A stretch of 64,000 bases of DNA, from contig OX597816.1 of NCBI GenBank assembly GCA_951406725.2, forward strand, positions 48,112,001 through 48,176,000, written 5' to 3'. Below, piece by piece: positions 25,603 to 38,050 of this stretch. Numbering within the stretch: the first letter of the stretch is position 1; each line of letters starts with the position of its first letter. The position numbers and the translations under genes are program-made. The notes under the pieces were generated by a model. The model had not been told where the DNA came from. It saw only the letters and a program-made list of their open reading frames with translations, and ran no database searches. Origin of the DNA: Octopus vulgaris. Its lineage: Eukaryota.

Positions 25603-27147
25603 TATAGCTTAGTCACCCGTATAGTTAACCAGGTAATACACGAGGGGGTCATACCCAATGACTGGTGTAGCAGCATAATAGTCAACTGCTACAAAGGTAA
25701 AGGCGACGCCCTAGAGACAAATAACTACAGGGGCATCAAGCTGCTGGATCAGGTAATGAAGGTTACGGAGAGGGTTATAGCCCAACTAATTAGAGAGAGA
25801 GTTAGCTTAGATGATATGCAGTTTGGGTTCGTGCCAGGGAAAAGTACTACTGATGCTATATTCCTGGTAAGACAGCTGCAGGAGAAATACCTAGCCAAAG
25901 ATAAGCCCTTGTACCTGGCTTTTGTTGACTTGGAGAAAGCCTTTGACAGGGTCCCCCGATCCCTTATCTGGTGGTCAATGAGGAAACTAGGGATAGAAGA
26001 ATGGTTGGTGAGAGCTGTGCAAGCCATGTACAGAGACGCTGCTAGTAAGGTGAGGGTTGGCAACGAGTACAGTGAAGAATTCCGGGTAGAGGTTGGGGTC
26101 CACCAAGGTTCAGTCCTCAGTCCCCTCCTATTTATCATAGTCCTCCAGGCAATAACGGAGGAATTCAAGACAGGTTGCCCCTGGGAGCTCCTCTATGCTG
26201 ATGACCTTGCTCTAATTGCTGAGTCACTATCAGAACTGGAGGAGAAGTTTCAGGTGTGGAAACAAGGATTAGAATCGAAGGGCCTTAGAATCAACCTAGC
26301 CAAAACCAAAGTCCTAATAAGTAGGAAGGTAGATCAATCACAAACGCCTTCAGGTAGATGACCCTGCTCGATCTGTAAAAAAGGTGTAGGTAGAAACTCT
26401 ATAAGATGCACCAAGTGTAAGCTATGGACACATAAGAGGTGCAGCAATGTCAAAGGAAGGCTAACTAGGAAAATAGTTTTTGTCTGTGGCAAATGCTCAG
26501 GAGCAATAAACACTGGAAATGTGCAGAGACCAACTTCTGCCACGTTCCAGGGAGACAAACTAGAAGTAGTTGATAGCTTCCGCTACCTAGGAGACCAAGT
26601 CAGTAGCGGGGGTGGGTGTGCTGAAAGTGTAACTGCTAGAGTAAGAATAGCCTTGGCAAAGTTTAGAGAGCTCTTACCCCTGCTGGTGACAAAAGGCCTC
26701 TCGCTCAGAGTAAAAGGCAGACTGTATGATGCATGTGTACGTACAGCCATGCTACATGGTAGTGAAACATGGGCCGTGACTGCTGAGGATATGCGTAAGC
26801 TCGCAAGAAATGAAGCCAGTATGCTCCGATGGATGTGTAATGTCAGTGTTCATAATCGTCAGAGTGTAAGTTCCTTGAGAGAAAAGTTGAACCTAAGAAG
26901 CGTCAGTTGTGGTGTGCAAGAGAGACGGCTGCGCTGGTATGGTCATGTGACGAGAAAGGCTGAAGATAGTTGTGTGCAAAAGTGCTACACCCTAGCAGTT
27001 GAGGGAACCTGTGGAAGAGGTAGACCCAGGAAAACCTGGGACGAGGTGGTGAAGCACGACCTTCGAACTTTAGGTCTCACTAAGGAAATGTCTAGAGACC
27101 GAGACCTATGGAAGTATGCTGTGCGTGAGAAGACCCGGCAAGACTAG
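25603..27147 (+). pseudogene. RTE reverse transcriptase (no endonuclease) with embedded PHD finger; one in-frame TGA at 26359
   Basis: KGKGD..NYRGIKLL, QFGFVPGKST, FVDLEKAFDRV, GVHQGSVLSPLLF, LLYADD, FRYLG. ORFs 25183 and 26521 share a frame; the gap encodes CSIC..CTKC..WTHKRC..CGKC. Confidence 0.92.
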
Positions 27148-29300
27148 TCAGGCCATAACCCGTGGCCCCTACCTGGGACGTAGTCAGTCCTCCTGTGCAT
27201 ACCTTCCTTCTTGTGACACTTATGAAGACCTGTTGAGGCAAGTGAAAATCAAATCAAAACAAATCAAAATAGATGAACATCAGTGGAATTGTATTCTTTG
27301 TGGTACCAGTGCCGGTGGCACACAAGAAAACCACCCAAACGTGGCCATAGCCAGTACCGCATCGACTGGCCTCTGTGCTGTGGGCACAACAAACACCATC
27401 CGATCGTGGCCGTTCGCCAGCCTCATCTGGCACCTGTGTCGGTGGCACATAAAGACATCATCCGAAGACCCGGCGACGTAGTCAGTCCACCTGTGCATAC
27501 CTTCCCTCTTATGACACTTGTGAAGACCTGTTGAGGCAAGTGTGTGACACTTGTGAAGACCTGTTGAGGCAGAGGCAAGTGTGTGACACTTGTGAAGACC
27601 TGTTGAGGCAAGTGAAAATCAAACCAAATCAAAATAGATGAACATCAATGGAATTTGTATCTTTGTGGTTCCAGTACCGGTGGCACACAAGAAAACCATC
27701 CGAACGTGGCCGTAGCCAGTACCGCATCGACTGGCCTCCGTGCTGTGGGCACAACAAACACCATCTGATCGTGGCCGTTCGCCAGCCTCATCTGGCACCT
27801 GTGTCGGTGGCACATAAAAACACCATCCGAAGACCCGGCGACGTAGTCAGTCCACCTGTGCATACCTTCCCTCTTATGACACTTGTGAAGACCTGTTGAG
27901 GCAAGTGTGTGACACTTGTGAAGACCTGTTGAGGCAGAGGCAAGTGTGTGACACTTTGTGAAGACCTGTTGAGGCAGAGGCAAGTGTGTGACACTTGTGG
28001 AGACCTGTTGAGGCAAGTGTGTGACACGTGTGACACTTGTGAAGACCTGTTGAGGCAAGTGAAAATCAAACCAAATCAAAATAGATGAACATCAATGGAA
28101 TTTGTATCTTTGTGGTTCCAGTACCAGTGGCACACAAGAAAACCATCCGATCGTGGCCATTCGCCAGCCTCATCTGGCACCTGTGTCGGTGGCACATAAA
28201 AACACCATCCGAAGACCCGGCGACGTAGTCAGTCCACCTGTGCATACCTTCCTACTTATGACACTTGTGAAGACCTGTTGAGGCAAGTGTGTGACACTTG
28301 TGTAGACCTGTTGAGGCAAGTGAAAATCAAAATCAAATCAAATCAAATCAAACCAAATCAAAATAGATGAACATCAATGGAATTTGTATCTTTGTGGTAC
28401 CAGTACCGGTGGCACACAAGAAAACCATCCGAACGTGGCCGTAGCCAGTACCGCATCGACTGGCCTCTGTGATGTGGGCACATAACAAACACCATCCGAT
28501 CGTGGCCGTCCGCCAGCCTCATCTGACACCTGTGTCGGTGGCACATAAAAACACCAACCGAAGACCCGGCAAGACTAGTCAGGCCATAACCCGTGGCCCC
28601 TACTTGGGACGTAGTCAGTCCACCTGTGCATACCTTCCTTCCTTCTTGTGACACTTGTGAAGACCTGTGAAGACCTGTTGAGGCAAGTGAAAATCAAATC
28701 AAATCAAATCAAAATAGATGAACATCAATGGAATTTGTATCTTTGTGGTACCAGTGCCGGTGGCACACAAGAAAACCATCCGAACGTGGCCGTAGCCAGT
28801 ACCGCATCGACTGGCCTCCGTGCTGTGGGCACGCAACAAACACCATCCGATCGTGGCCGTTCGCTAGCCTCATCTGGCACCTGTGTCGGTGGCACATAAA
28901 AACACCATCCGAAGACCCGGCAAGACTAGTCAGGCCATAACCCGTGGCCCCTACCTGGGACGTAGTCAGTCCACCTGTGCATACCTTCCTTCTTGTGACA
29001 CTTGTGAAGACCTGTTGAGGCAAGTGAAAATCAAATCAAATCAAATCAAAATAGATGAACATAAATGGAATTTGTATCTTTGTGGTACCAGTGCCGGTGG
29101 CACACAAGAAAATCATCCGAACGTGGCCGTAGCCAGTACCGCATAGACTGGCCTCCGTGCTTTGGGGACGTAACAAACACCATCCGATCGTGGCCGTCCG
29201 CCAGCCTCATCTGGCACCTGTGTCGGTGGCACATAAAAACACCATCCGAGCGTGGCCGTTCGCCAGCCTCGTCTGGCACCTGTGTCGGTGGCACATAAAA
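27128..29300 (+). repeat. Higher-order tandem array of the RTE 3'UTR, six units of ~280-450 bp with nested 33-bp and 5-bp subrepeats
   Basis: Anchor AGATGAACAT at 27271, 27636, 28083, 28365, 28716, 29053. Confidence 0.95.
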
Positions 29301-29514
29301 TCACCCACTACACTCTCGGAGTGGTTGGCATTAGGAAGGGCATCCAGCTGTAGAAACACTGCCAGATCTGACTGGCCTGGTGCAGCCTTCGGGCTCCCCA
29401 GACCCCAGTTGAACCGTCCAACCCATGCTAGCATGGAAAACGGACGCTAAATGATGATGATGATGATGATGATCTATATATTAGGGTGAAATGATTTCGG
29501 GAGAATGTTTGAAA

Positions 29515-29690
29515 GGGTTTTAATCCAAGAAATTTTAATTCTCTAATTCTGTAAAATAATATTTAATTAGTTTAAATCTACACAAATTCATAAAAATAAT
29601 TTTAAATTCCATTAGACATTTTAAAATACTATTAAATTTCATTCAATTTTAAAAAAGGTAAAATCAGACAGAACTTATGGGACGACCTTA
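29515..29690 (-). mobile_element. Mariner 5' terminal fragment
   Basis: Homologous to 32205-32362, ending GAACTTATGGGACGACC. Confidence 0.7.
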
Positions 29691-30753
29691 TATATATATT
29701 GTTATATTGTTATGTATATGGTTATATACATATATATAGTTATATATATATATGTTTAGTTATATATATATATATATTCATATATATATTTAGTTTTATA
29801 TATATATATATATAATAAAATATTAGGGAATATATCCAAACTTATATATATATATGCGCATGGTAAAATTTATAAAATGAGTGGCGTAAACATACTGTGA
29901 GCAGTGGAAATCTCAGTGTTTCTCAGGAAAATGCAGGCAGGAAAGGAATTAATGAGTAACAAGAGTTGTTTTCTCTCGTCTGAACTTTTCCCTGATAAAA
30001 GACTCAGTCCGAAATGGATTTTTCCACTCTCTATTTTTATTCAATTTTCTTAACTAATACAAGTCTTGCTGATGCAGACACCAGTCACTTTGGAGTCATA
30101 TATATATATATACATCTTGTAAATGTATATTTTATAAGTAAATGCTATTATATATATATAATATTATATATGATATATATAACAAGCATTACTTTATAGA
30201 AAATTTTCAACAAATTATACATTTATAAACACTGACAACAAAATTGTTTATATATAAAAAGTGTAAAAAAATAGAGAAAAAACTTATAAATTTCTTATAT
30301 CTACTTATAAAATGCTATTTGATTTAGTGCAAGCCAAAATATATTTGCAGGAGTTTTCTTCAAAAGTATAACTTATCTAAAATTTTGCAATCGTATATGT
30401 TTATATTTAGAAGTCTGCTGTGTTTGTATCGAGTCATTATTGAGAGAGTGTTGCGTTGCATATTTGTGAGAAGCGAATAAATCTAACAGAAAATATAGAC
30501 AGACATTTTCATTTATTTATTTATGTTTTTTTGTTTTGTTTTGTTTTGTTACAATCTGCCATTTCTGTCCAGATAAATTGTTATAAAGGAGCAGACACAT
30601 ATACAGTAAGGTGAATATTGGCAATGTATAATTTCTATTGCACCAAAATCTTCATCTTGACTTTGTTACTGTGACGCAGAGGAAATTACAATAATGTTGC
30701 TGACATTCTCTCTCTCTTCCACTTGTTTATGCATACACATACACACACACACA

Positions 30754-31357
30754 CGATCGGGTACTGAAAATTTCCTGGCTTTTGGTGTATCATGAAAAGC
30801 CTGTTTGGAGACAAAACGTTCCAAGTTCTTTTACAGGGCTTAGTATAACTGAAACGACCATCATGTGAATCTGAGTGGGTAATATGTTAAATGTAATCAT
30901 AATTAGCAGTATTGCCTGGCATTGCTTGGGTTTGTTTCGACCCTTTAGAATTGGAATTTTTGAAAAGTAGAAATTTTGCATTATGTAGCTTGTTATTCTT
31001 GTTAAGTGAACATTTTTCTGGTTGAAATACACCGAAAAATGGCAACACAGCAGTCAAAAAAATTGTAAAAAATATGGATTTTCATAGAAAAAAAACACCT
31101 TTTTGATGTAAATATTTTTTGGTGTTAACATGGTCCGATTTGAAATTTTTGTTCTACGGATGGAAGAGCAAGCCTTCTTCTATCATACTCTCAATTTTGG
31201 TTGACTTGCACCGCAGGGTCTCGGAGGAGATAGTGTTAGTTGAAGGCTACCGAACCTGCCATACACAAACAACTTCAGCTTTATATATATGTAGAGATTA
31301 ACTGATCTGCCTGTATTTTCTTTTACCTTAAGCCTGGAACTTTTCAGCACCCATTCG
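30754..31357. mobile_element. Mariner-type MITE containing a nested Helitron (30903-31297, minus)
   Basis: TIRs CGATCGGGTACTGAAAATTTCCTGGCTT / AAGCCTGGAACTTTTCAGCACCCATTCG; insert matches 17942-18334. Confidence 0.7.
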
Positions 31358-31919
31358 TACACATACATGCTCATGCATGTTTGACAGCTTCTTATTGATA
31401 GAATAATTAAATACCTATCAGTCCTACACTTACTACCTTACAAGCTAAATATATAATTTTAGTCTTTGACTCCTTCCTTATTGTTGACTTATAACACATG
31501 CAGTTGTCTTGCATCTATCTCTACTGTCCAGTGTATTTTGGTATGTTTAGCAGTTTATTGGTGACCTAAATATAGAAGAGTTGTTATCCTTTACTTGTTT
31601 TAGTAATTTGGGTTGCATCTATGCTGGGATACTCCTTTTGTTTTTTTTTAAATTCTAGTTGGTACTTAATCTGTCAGTTTCTTTTGCTGAAACGTTAAAT
31701 TACATGGACGTAAACAAACCAACATCAGTTGTCAAGTGGACCAACTCAGAAACGTGGGGTAATGTCCTATTTTAACGTTGTGAATTATTTGCCCTATCAA
31801 AATTAAAATATAAAGTTAAAAATACATACAAAATATTAAATTAAAAAAAGTTATCAACTTTTAAATTTTTATGTAGAGAATGGTATGCAAGTTTAAAAAA
31901 AATGAAAATTCAAACAAAT

Positions 31920-32362
31920 TATTGCCAATTCTTCAACTAATAATGCAGGATTTTCTTCAAGTAATGTCTCAAGGAGCTTATAATTAAACTCAAGTGGACG
32001 TCCTGTTTGATCTTCATCTTCAAGGCTGAAATCTCCACTTCTGAATTTTGCAAACCATCTTCTGCAAGTTCTTTCATTCTAGAATTATTTTCCATAAACT
32101 GAGTGTATGTATTGAGTTGCTTCAGCTGCAGAGTTTCCTTTTTTTGTACTCATAAAGCATTATGTGCCTTAAATGCGCTTTTGATACTTCCATGTTTGAA
32201 AGAGCTTTAATCAAAGAAATTTTAATTCTATAAAACAATATTTAATTAAATGTACACAAATGCATAAAAATATTTTTTAATTCCATTAGACAGTCTAAAA
32301 TACTATTAAATTTCATTCAGTTTCAAAAAGGTAAAATCGGACGGAACTTATGGGATGACCTG
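31920..32362 (-). pseudogene. Mariner transposase N-terminal (HTH) relic with 5' TIR
   Basis: From ATG 32193: MEVSKAHLRHIMLYEYKKGNSAAEAT..YG..RTCRRWFAKFRSGDFSLEDEDQTGRP..LLEENP, with stops. Confidence 0.85.
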
Positions 32363-32844
32363 ATATTTTGAAGTTTTTTATATATTTATTTTATTGCATT
32401 TGTTTTAATGGCACAAATAATTTCCACCATTAAAATAGATTACCAAAATGTAGACACAAAGACACACACACATACACACACATAACAGGCTTCCACACAG
32501 TTTTCATATACCAAATTCACTTACAAAGGCATTGGTCAGTCCACATGTGCTGCAAGGTGGGACTGAACCCGAAATCATAGGGTTGCAAAGTGAGCCTCTT
32601 AACCACATATCCATACCTAAATGTATGAACATGCTATGCATGTTATAACCTTCAAAAAGTGGATGAGAACAGTGGTCCTTGGGTTATGCTTTTCATTCAA
32701 ACACTGGTTTCCAAATAAATAAAAAAAGCATATATGATTTCAAAGTTATGCTTTTGAAGAATCTTGTAGATACGCTTAATATTGGATGAAATCAAATAGC
32801 ATTTAATAGGTGTTATGAGTATTGTAAATTTATATATATTTTTT

Positions 32845-33260
32845 ATCTTTTACTTGTTTCAGTCATTAGACTGCAGCCATGCTGGGTCACAAATTTGAAG
32901 GGTTTAGCTGAACAAATTGACCCCAGTACTTATTTGGGGTTTTTTCCCCCTTAAAACCCAGTACTTATTCTGTCAATTCATTTTGCTGAACTGCTAAGTT
33001 AAATGGATGTAAACAAAACAATAATGTTTGTCAAGCAGTTGTGGGGGACAAACACAAACTCAAAGTCACACGCGCATAAATATATACATACATTTGTATG
33101 ATGAGCTTCTTCCAGTTTCTCTTTACCAAATATACTCATTAAGGCTTTGTAGGCCTGGGGCTATAGTAGAAGAGACTTGCCCAAGGTGCTGTGTTGTGGG
33201 ACTGAACTTGGATCCATGTGGCTGGGAAGTGAAATTCTCACCACACAGTCACACCTATGT
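32845..33260 (-). mobile_element. SINE family A, decayed
   Basis: Similarity to 17067-17487. Confidence 0.75.
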
Positions 33261-35180
33261 CTATAAGCCATATCTTTACTAATATATCTGCTTTTTTGTT
33301 GGTTGTGTTTATAATTATATCATTTACCTAAGATTTTCTACAAAGCAGCATTTGTTATTTGTCCGTTTGTTTTACATCTGTTTTTCTATGCTGGTATAGG
33401 TTAGAGGGGTGATTATTTGGAGCAGTATTTTTACAACTCGATGTTTCTTCTTGTCACCAAGGCTTTCTTGATGTACAACTAATTCCTGTACCTTGAAAGC
33501 ATAGAGCTATAGGACATTTTTTTTTTTGCTCAGATGAACTCTTTTGTGTATGGCAACATTTATGCATGTGTATGCATGCATACACACATACACATGCACG
33601 CACACATATGTCAGGTTTCTTTGCTGTTCATCATCATCATCATCATCCACTTTTCTATGCTTGCATGGGTTGAGCAGAATTTGTCAAAGATGGATTTTCT
33701 ACAGTTGAATGTTGTTGCTGTCACCAACTCCTGTCAACCCTCTCTTATTTTCAAGTAGGGCAATATTCCCCATGACCAGACATATTTTCATGGAAGATTT
33801 AAAAGAAGGGATTCCATTTGCATGATGGAGACATTTGCTTTACCACTATCGCATAAAGACAACACAAAGAAACAGTAATACACACACACATGCACACACA
33901 CACACACACACACACACATGCGCGCACATATTTACAATGGGCTTCTTTCAGTTTCTATTTATCAATTTCACCCACAAGGCATTGGTTGGCCCAAGGGTAG
34001 AGTAGAATACACTTGTCCAAGGTGCTATTCAGTGGGATTGAACCTATGCCCATGTGGTCTCAAAGCTAACTTTTAACCAGACAGACATTCCTACCATTGT
34101 CATGCAATATACAAAGCAAATACATGTACTCTACATAGAATTGGCAACTTCAAAGATAGTTTACTTCACTAGTATTTTGTATTGTTCCTTAATATCATAG
34201 TCAAAAACAGAATGAAATGCCTTGGTGATGTCAGTGGTTGCTAGGATAATCAAAACAGGCTTCTCTTTAGATGTTGTATATGTATACCATTCTTTGTGTA
34301 AGGTTTATTAATTGTGTAGCAGTTGAAAGAACTGACCTGGATTCATTTTTCATATTGAACTGAGGAATGTGTGAGTTCGTTTAGGAGTTTTCAGTTTGCA
34401 GGGGTGTTTAGTGGGTTTATATGATACTGTTTAAGTTGGAGTCAATGAAAGTGATGAATGTATGAGGTGGTGTGAGCTGTTTAGGATTTTTCAGTTTGCC
34501 CAAGAGAGTGGTGAATTTGTATGATACTGTTTTAGCTGGAGTCGGTGAGGAAATCTTGATGTCATTGGCTTCCAATGTTTCTCTGTCCTTGTCATCTCAT
34601 TTGCATATACTTTAACACCTTTGTTTTACTCCACTAAAAGAAGTATAAGTTCCAAAGAAAAGCTCACATCACCCTTATAGTTCATGAAACACAGAGTATT
34701 ATAACACTGTGGTTGGAAACTCCTGCTCTACACTGTTGCATGATCTTTTAGAATTAACAACCAAAACACATGACCATATATACACACACACTTTGCTCCA
34801 CACAAGGACACATATGGAGACATGGGTCCACACATATAGAGATGCACATCCATACATACAAACATTGTACATAGTTGCAAAACACACACACAGACATGCA
34901 CACACAAGGAGACAGAGGAGCATACATATACAAACACACGCTCACACACACACATACATAGGAAATACACAAACACGGACATACAAGCACATGAATATGC
35001 AGGATACATACATACAGATGCACACACACACAAACACACACACACACACACACACATATACATGCATGCATACATACACACATACATACGCACATGCATG
35101 CATGCATAGGCACAAACACACACTGACCCACACGCATGCACACAAACAAACAAAAAGGAATGCAGTGTAAATAATGGACA

Positions 35181-35264
35181 GAGTCAAGACTATTGAAAAG
35201 GTTACAAGATGTGACGAACATTTTAGGAAAATAGAAATAAGAAATAAGTGAAAATTTTACCGGT
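35181..35264 (+). repeat. Short interspersed repeat with a hammerhead-like core (Penelope-like terminal fragment?)
   Basis: Homologous to 56125-56194 on the minus strand. Confidence 0.55.
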
Positions 35265-35562
35265 GGGTGTGTTAAATTATAAGGCACAAAAAGAAAATGA
35301 CTCTCCCCAAACACAACAGAATATGTTTCAACACACGGACTCATATAAAGAAGATTGCAAACCAGATCCAAAAACGAAACCAAATAATTCTTAAATCATA
35401 TCTTGCCTTCTTAAAAACAAAATTTTTAAAAAGGCAAAGATCATCATAATCAATATCACCATATGTCTGATTTTCCATGCTGGCATGGTTTGGACTGGAT
35501 AATACTGCACATCACATTATAAAAGAGGCACGCGAAAAAAATAATCCAGACTTACTTAAACA

Positions 35563-36047
35563 TAGGTGTAGGAGTGGCGGTGTGGTAAGTAGCTTGCTTA
35601 CCAACCACATGGTTCCGGGTTCAGTCCCATTGCATGGCACCTTGGGCAAGTGTCTTCTACTATAGCCTCAGGCCGACCAAAGCCTTGTGAGTGGATTTGG
35701 TAGATGGAAATGGAAAGAAGCCTGTCATATATATATATATATATATATATCTATGTATGTGTATGTATATGTATGTATGTGTATGTATATATATATATGT
35801 ATGTATGTGTATGTATATATATGTATGTATGTGTGTGTATATGTTTGTGTGTCTGTGTTTGTCCCCCCAACATCGCTTGACAACCGATGCTGGTGTGTTT
35901 ACGTCCCCGTAACTTAGCGGTTTGGCAAAAGAGACCGATAGAATAAATACTAGGCTTCCAAAGATTAAGTCCTGGGTTCGATTTGCTCGACTAAAGGCAG
36001 TGCTCCAGCATGGCCGCAGTCAAATGACTGAAACAAGTAAAAGAGTA
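35563..36047 (+). mobile_element. SINE family A, young full-length
   Basis: Reverse-complement match to 17067-17487. Confidence 0.9.
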
Positions 36048-36537
36048 TACCTTGAATTGCAGAAAACCAGAAATCCTGCTATTATGATCGTATGAAGGTC
36101 CCTAATTTTAACAGTAATCTTACTGCACATCGTACAACAGTAATAAAAATAAATGTTACACCAAAGTACAAACATCTTACATAATACACAGCATGGAAAT
36201 AAGCAAATTTGCCATTGTACTCCATATTGCCACAGAATAAACCACTAAACATTACTATATGAAATGGACAGTCTAAAAAAAAACACTCAACTAAAAACTA
36301 AATAACTTTGTATCACTCATGGTATTCATATTGCAGTATGGAAAATGATGGGCTCTTTCAAATTCCGAACTACACCATGATAAAACAGGGCAAGCTAACC
36401 ATGCTATAGGCTCCTTATTTCGAATATAGATATTACAAAAAGCACTTGAATACTAACAGGATGTGACAGCACACTTGAAATGCAAGCTTTTAAAATAAAA
36501 ACTATGCTTACAAAATGTGTTAATATGATACACATAC

Positions 36538-36619
36538 ATTTATCTACATCGCCGCTTTCTCCGCCACCGGGGTTTGTGTTGCTGTTGCCATGACTGCTGC
36601 TACTACTACCAAATCCCAT
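36538..36619 (-). CDS. Candidate first coding exon segment MGFGSSSSSHGNSNTNPGGGESGDVDK (exon 36706-36538)
   Basis: Long polypyrimidine tract plus CAG acceptor before 36706; AAT|GTATGT donor; GC-rich; MGxxxS motif; no recognised homolog. Confidence 0.35.
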
Positions 36620-37518
36620 ATGTAGCCCACCTTGCTGTGTAACACAGCTTTCCAAAAATATATCCCCCCAAAATAAAACTCAGATTGAACAATTGAAATA
36701 GCTAATCTGAAGAAGAAAAAAAGAAAGAAAAAGAATGAAAGAAAAAAATATTTAAAAAAAGGGGAGCCACAGGAGACATCCATAAATATGACATGCACAA
36801 CAGATACAAAACGCAACAGTAGGCAATGAAACAAAGAAATAATAATAATAATAATAATGATAATAATAATAATAATGATAATAATAATAATTTCAAATTT
36901 TGCCACAAGGGCAGCAAATTGGGGAGAGGGGATGAATTGATTACATTGACCCCAGTATTCAACTGGTTCTTAATTTATTAACCCCTAAAGGATGAAAGGC
37001 AAAGTTAACCTTGGAATAAAAAAAAATAATAATATTAGTAGTAGTAGTAATAATAACAATAATTGTTTCAAATTGTGGCATGAAATCCAGCAATTTTAAG
37101 GGAAGGAGTTACTTGATTACATCAACCCCAGTACTTGACTGATACTATATTTGAAATTAGAACATTAAGATCTGTATTATTGTCGTTATTATTAGGCAGT
37201 GCTACTGGTTTGTGATAAACTCCACAGGCATGGATGTGTTGTCAGATGAGCTTGTCCAAGGTGTGTGTAGAGTGATGAAACTGTTCTGCATGCCCTTGTT
37301 CAGTGTCCAGGCATTGCTGACTTGTGGGGGTTATGTTGAACAACTGCTGTCTTGTGTGGAACAGATCTGTCTGTTGGTTGAGTCTGTAGTAATGATCACA
37401 CTGCTACCCTCCTTCAATTGGACAGGCAAGGCAGTTTTCTTTTGCCTGGTGGCTGTGGTGAAAGAGGTTGTTTGGTGGACAAAACTGCAAGACATGAAGA
37501 CAAGTACATTCCTCTTTG

Positions 37519-37825
37519 GTGTCTTCTACTATAGCCTCGGGCTGACCAAAGCCTTTTGAGTGGATTTGGTAGATGGAAACTGAAAGAAGCCCGTCGTATA
37601 TATATGTATATATATGTGTATGTGTGTTTGTTCCCCCAACATCGCTTGACAACCGATGCTGGAGTGTTTATGTCCCCGTAACTTAGCGGTTCGGCAAAAG
37701 AGACCGCTAGAATAAGTACTAGGCTTCCAAAAAATAAGTCCTGGGGTTGATTTGCTCGACTAAAGGCAGTGCTCCAGCATGGCCACAGTCAAATGACTGA
37801 AACAAGTAAAAGAGTAAAAAGAGTA
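37519..37825 (+). mobile_element. SINE family A, 5'-truncated, young
   Basis: Match to 35650-36047. Confidence 0.85.
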
Positions 37826-37839
37826 ATGAGTATAGCAAT

Positions 37840-38050
37840 GGTTTCAAATTATGGCACAGGTCTAGTTTTTGAGGGAAGGGGACGTCGATTACGTTGACCC
37901 TAGTACTTCACTGGTACTTGTTTTATCAGCTCTGGAAAGATGAAAGGCAAAGTTGACCTTAGCAGAATTTGAACTCGGAACACGAAAATGGATGAAATGC
38001 TGTAAAGCATTTTGTTTGGCATGCTAACGATTTTGCTAGCTCGCCACCTT
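37840..38050 (-). mobile_element. SINE family B
   Basis: Reverse-complement match to 11206-11370. Confidence 0.75.

Larger units (their letters stand above)
25603..29473 (+). mobile_element. Young 5'-truncated RTE-clade LINE with expanded 3'UTR and (GAT)n tail
   Basis: RT motifs, RTE-type C-terminus GRGRPRKTWDEVV, CpG-rich, ends in (ATG/GAT)n at 29451-29473. Confidence 0.93.

Noticed and set aside
27410-27435. Hammerhead-like CAGATGAG..CGAAC (minus) and CTGTTGAG..GAAA (plus) in the RTE array
   Set aside because: Invariant core positions are violated without compensation, there is no stem I/III, and a competing GCCAG/CTGGC hairpin exists
27300-29300. CRISPR-like repeat-spacer array
   Set aside because: Spacers recur between units, the context is a eukaryotic LINE 3'UTR, and there are no cas genes
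27116-29450. Repeated ORFs (MPPTQVPDEAG.., MEFVSLWYQC..) as a peptide gene family
   Set aside because: Incidental frames of the GC-rich 3'UTR repeat with inconsistent lengths
37212-37559. 115-aa ORF
   Set aside because: GTG start, runs into a SINE, no recognisable motif
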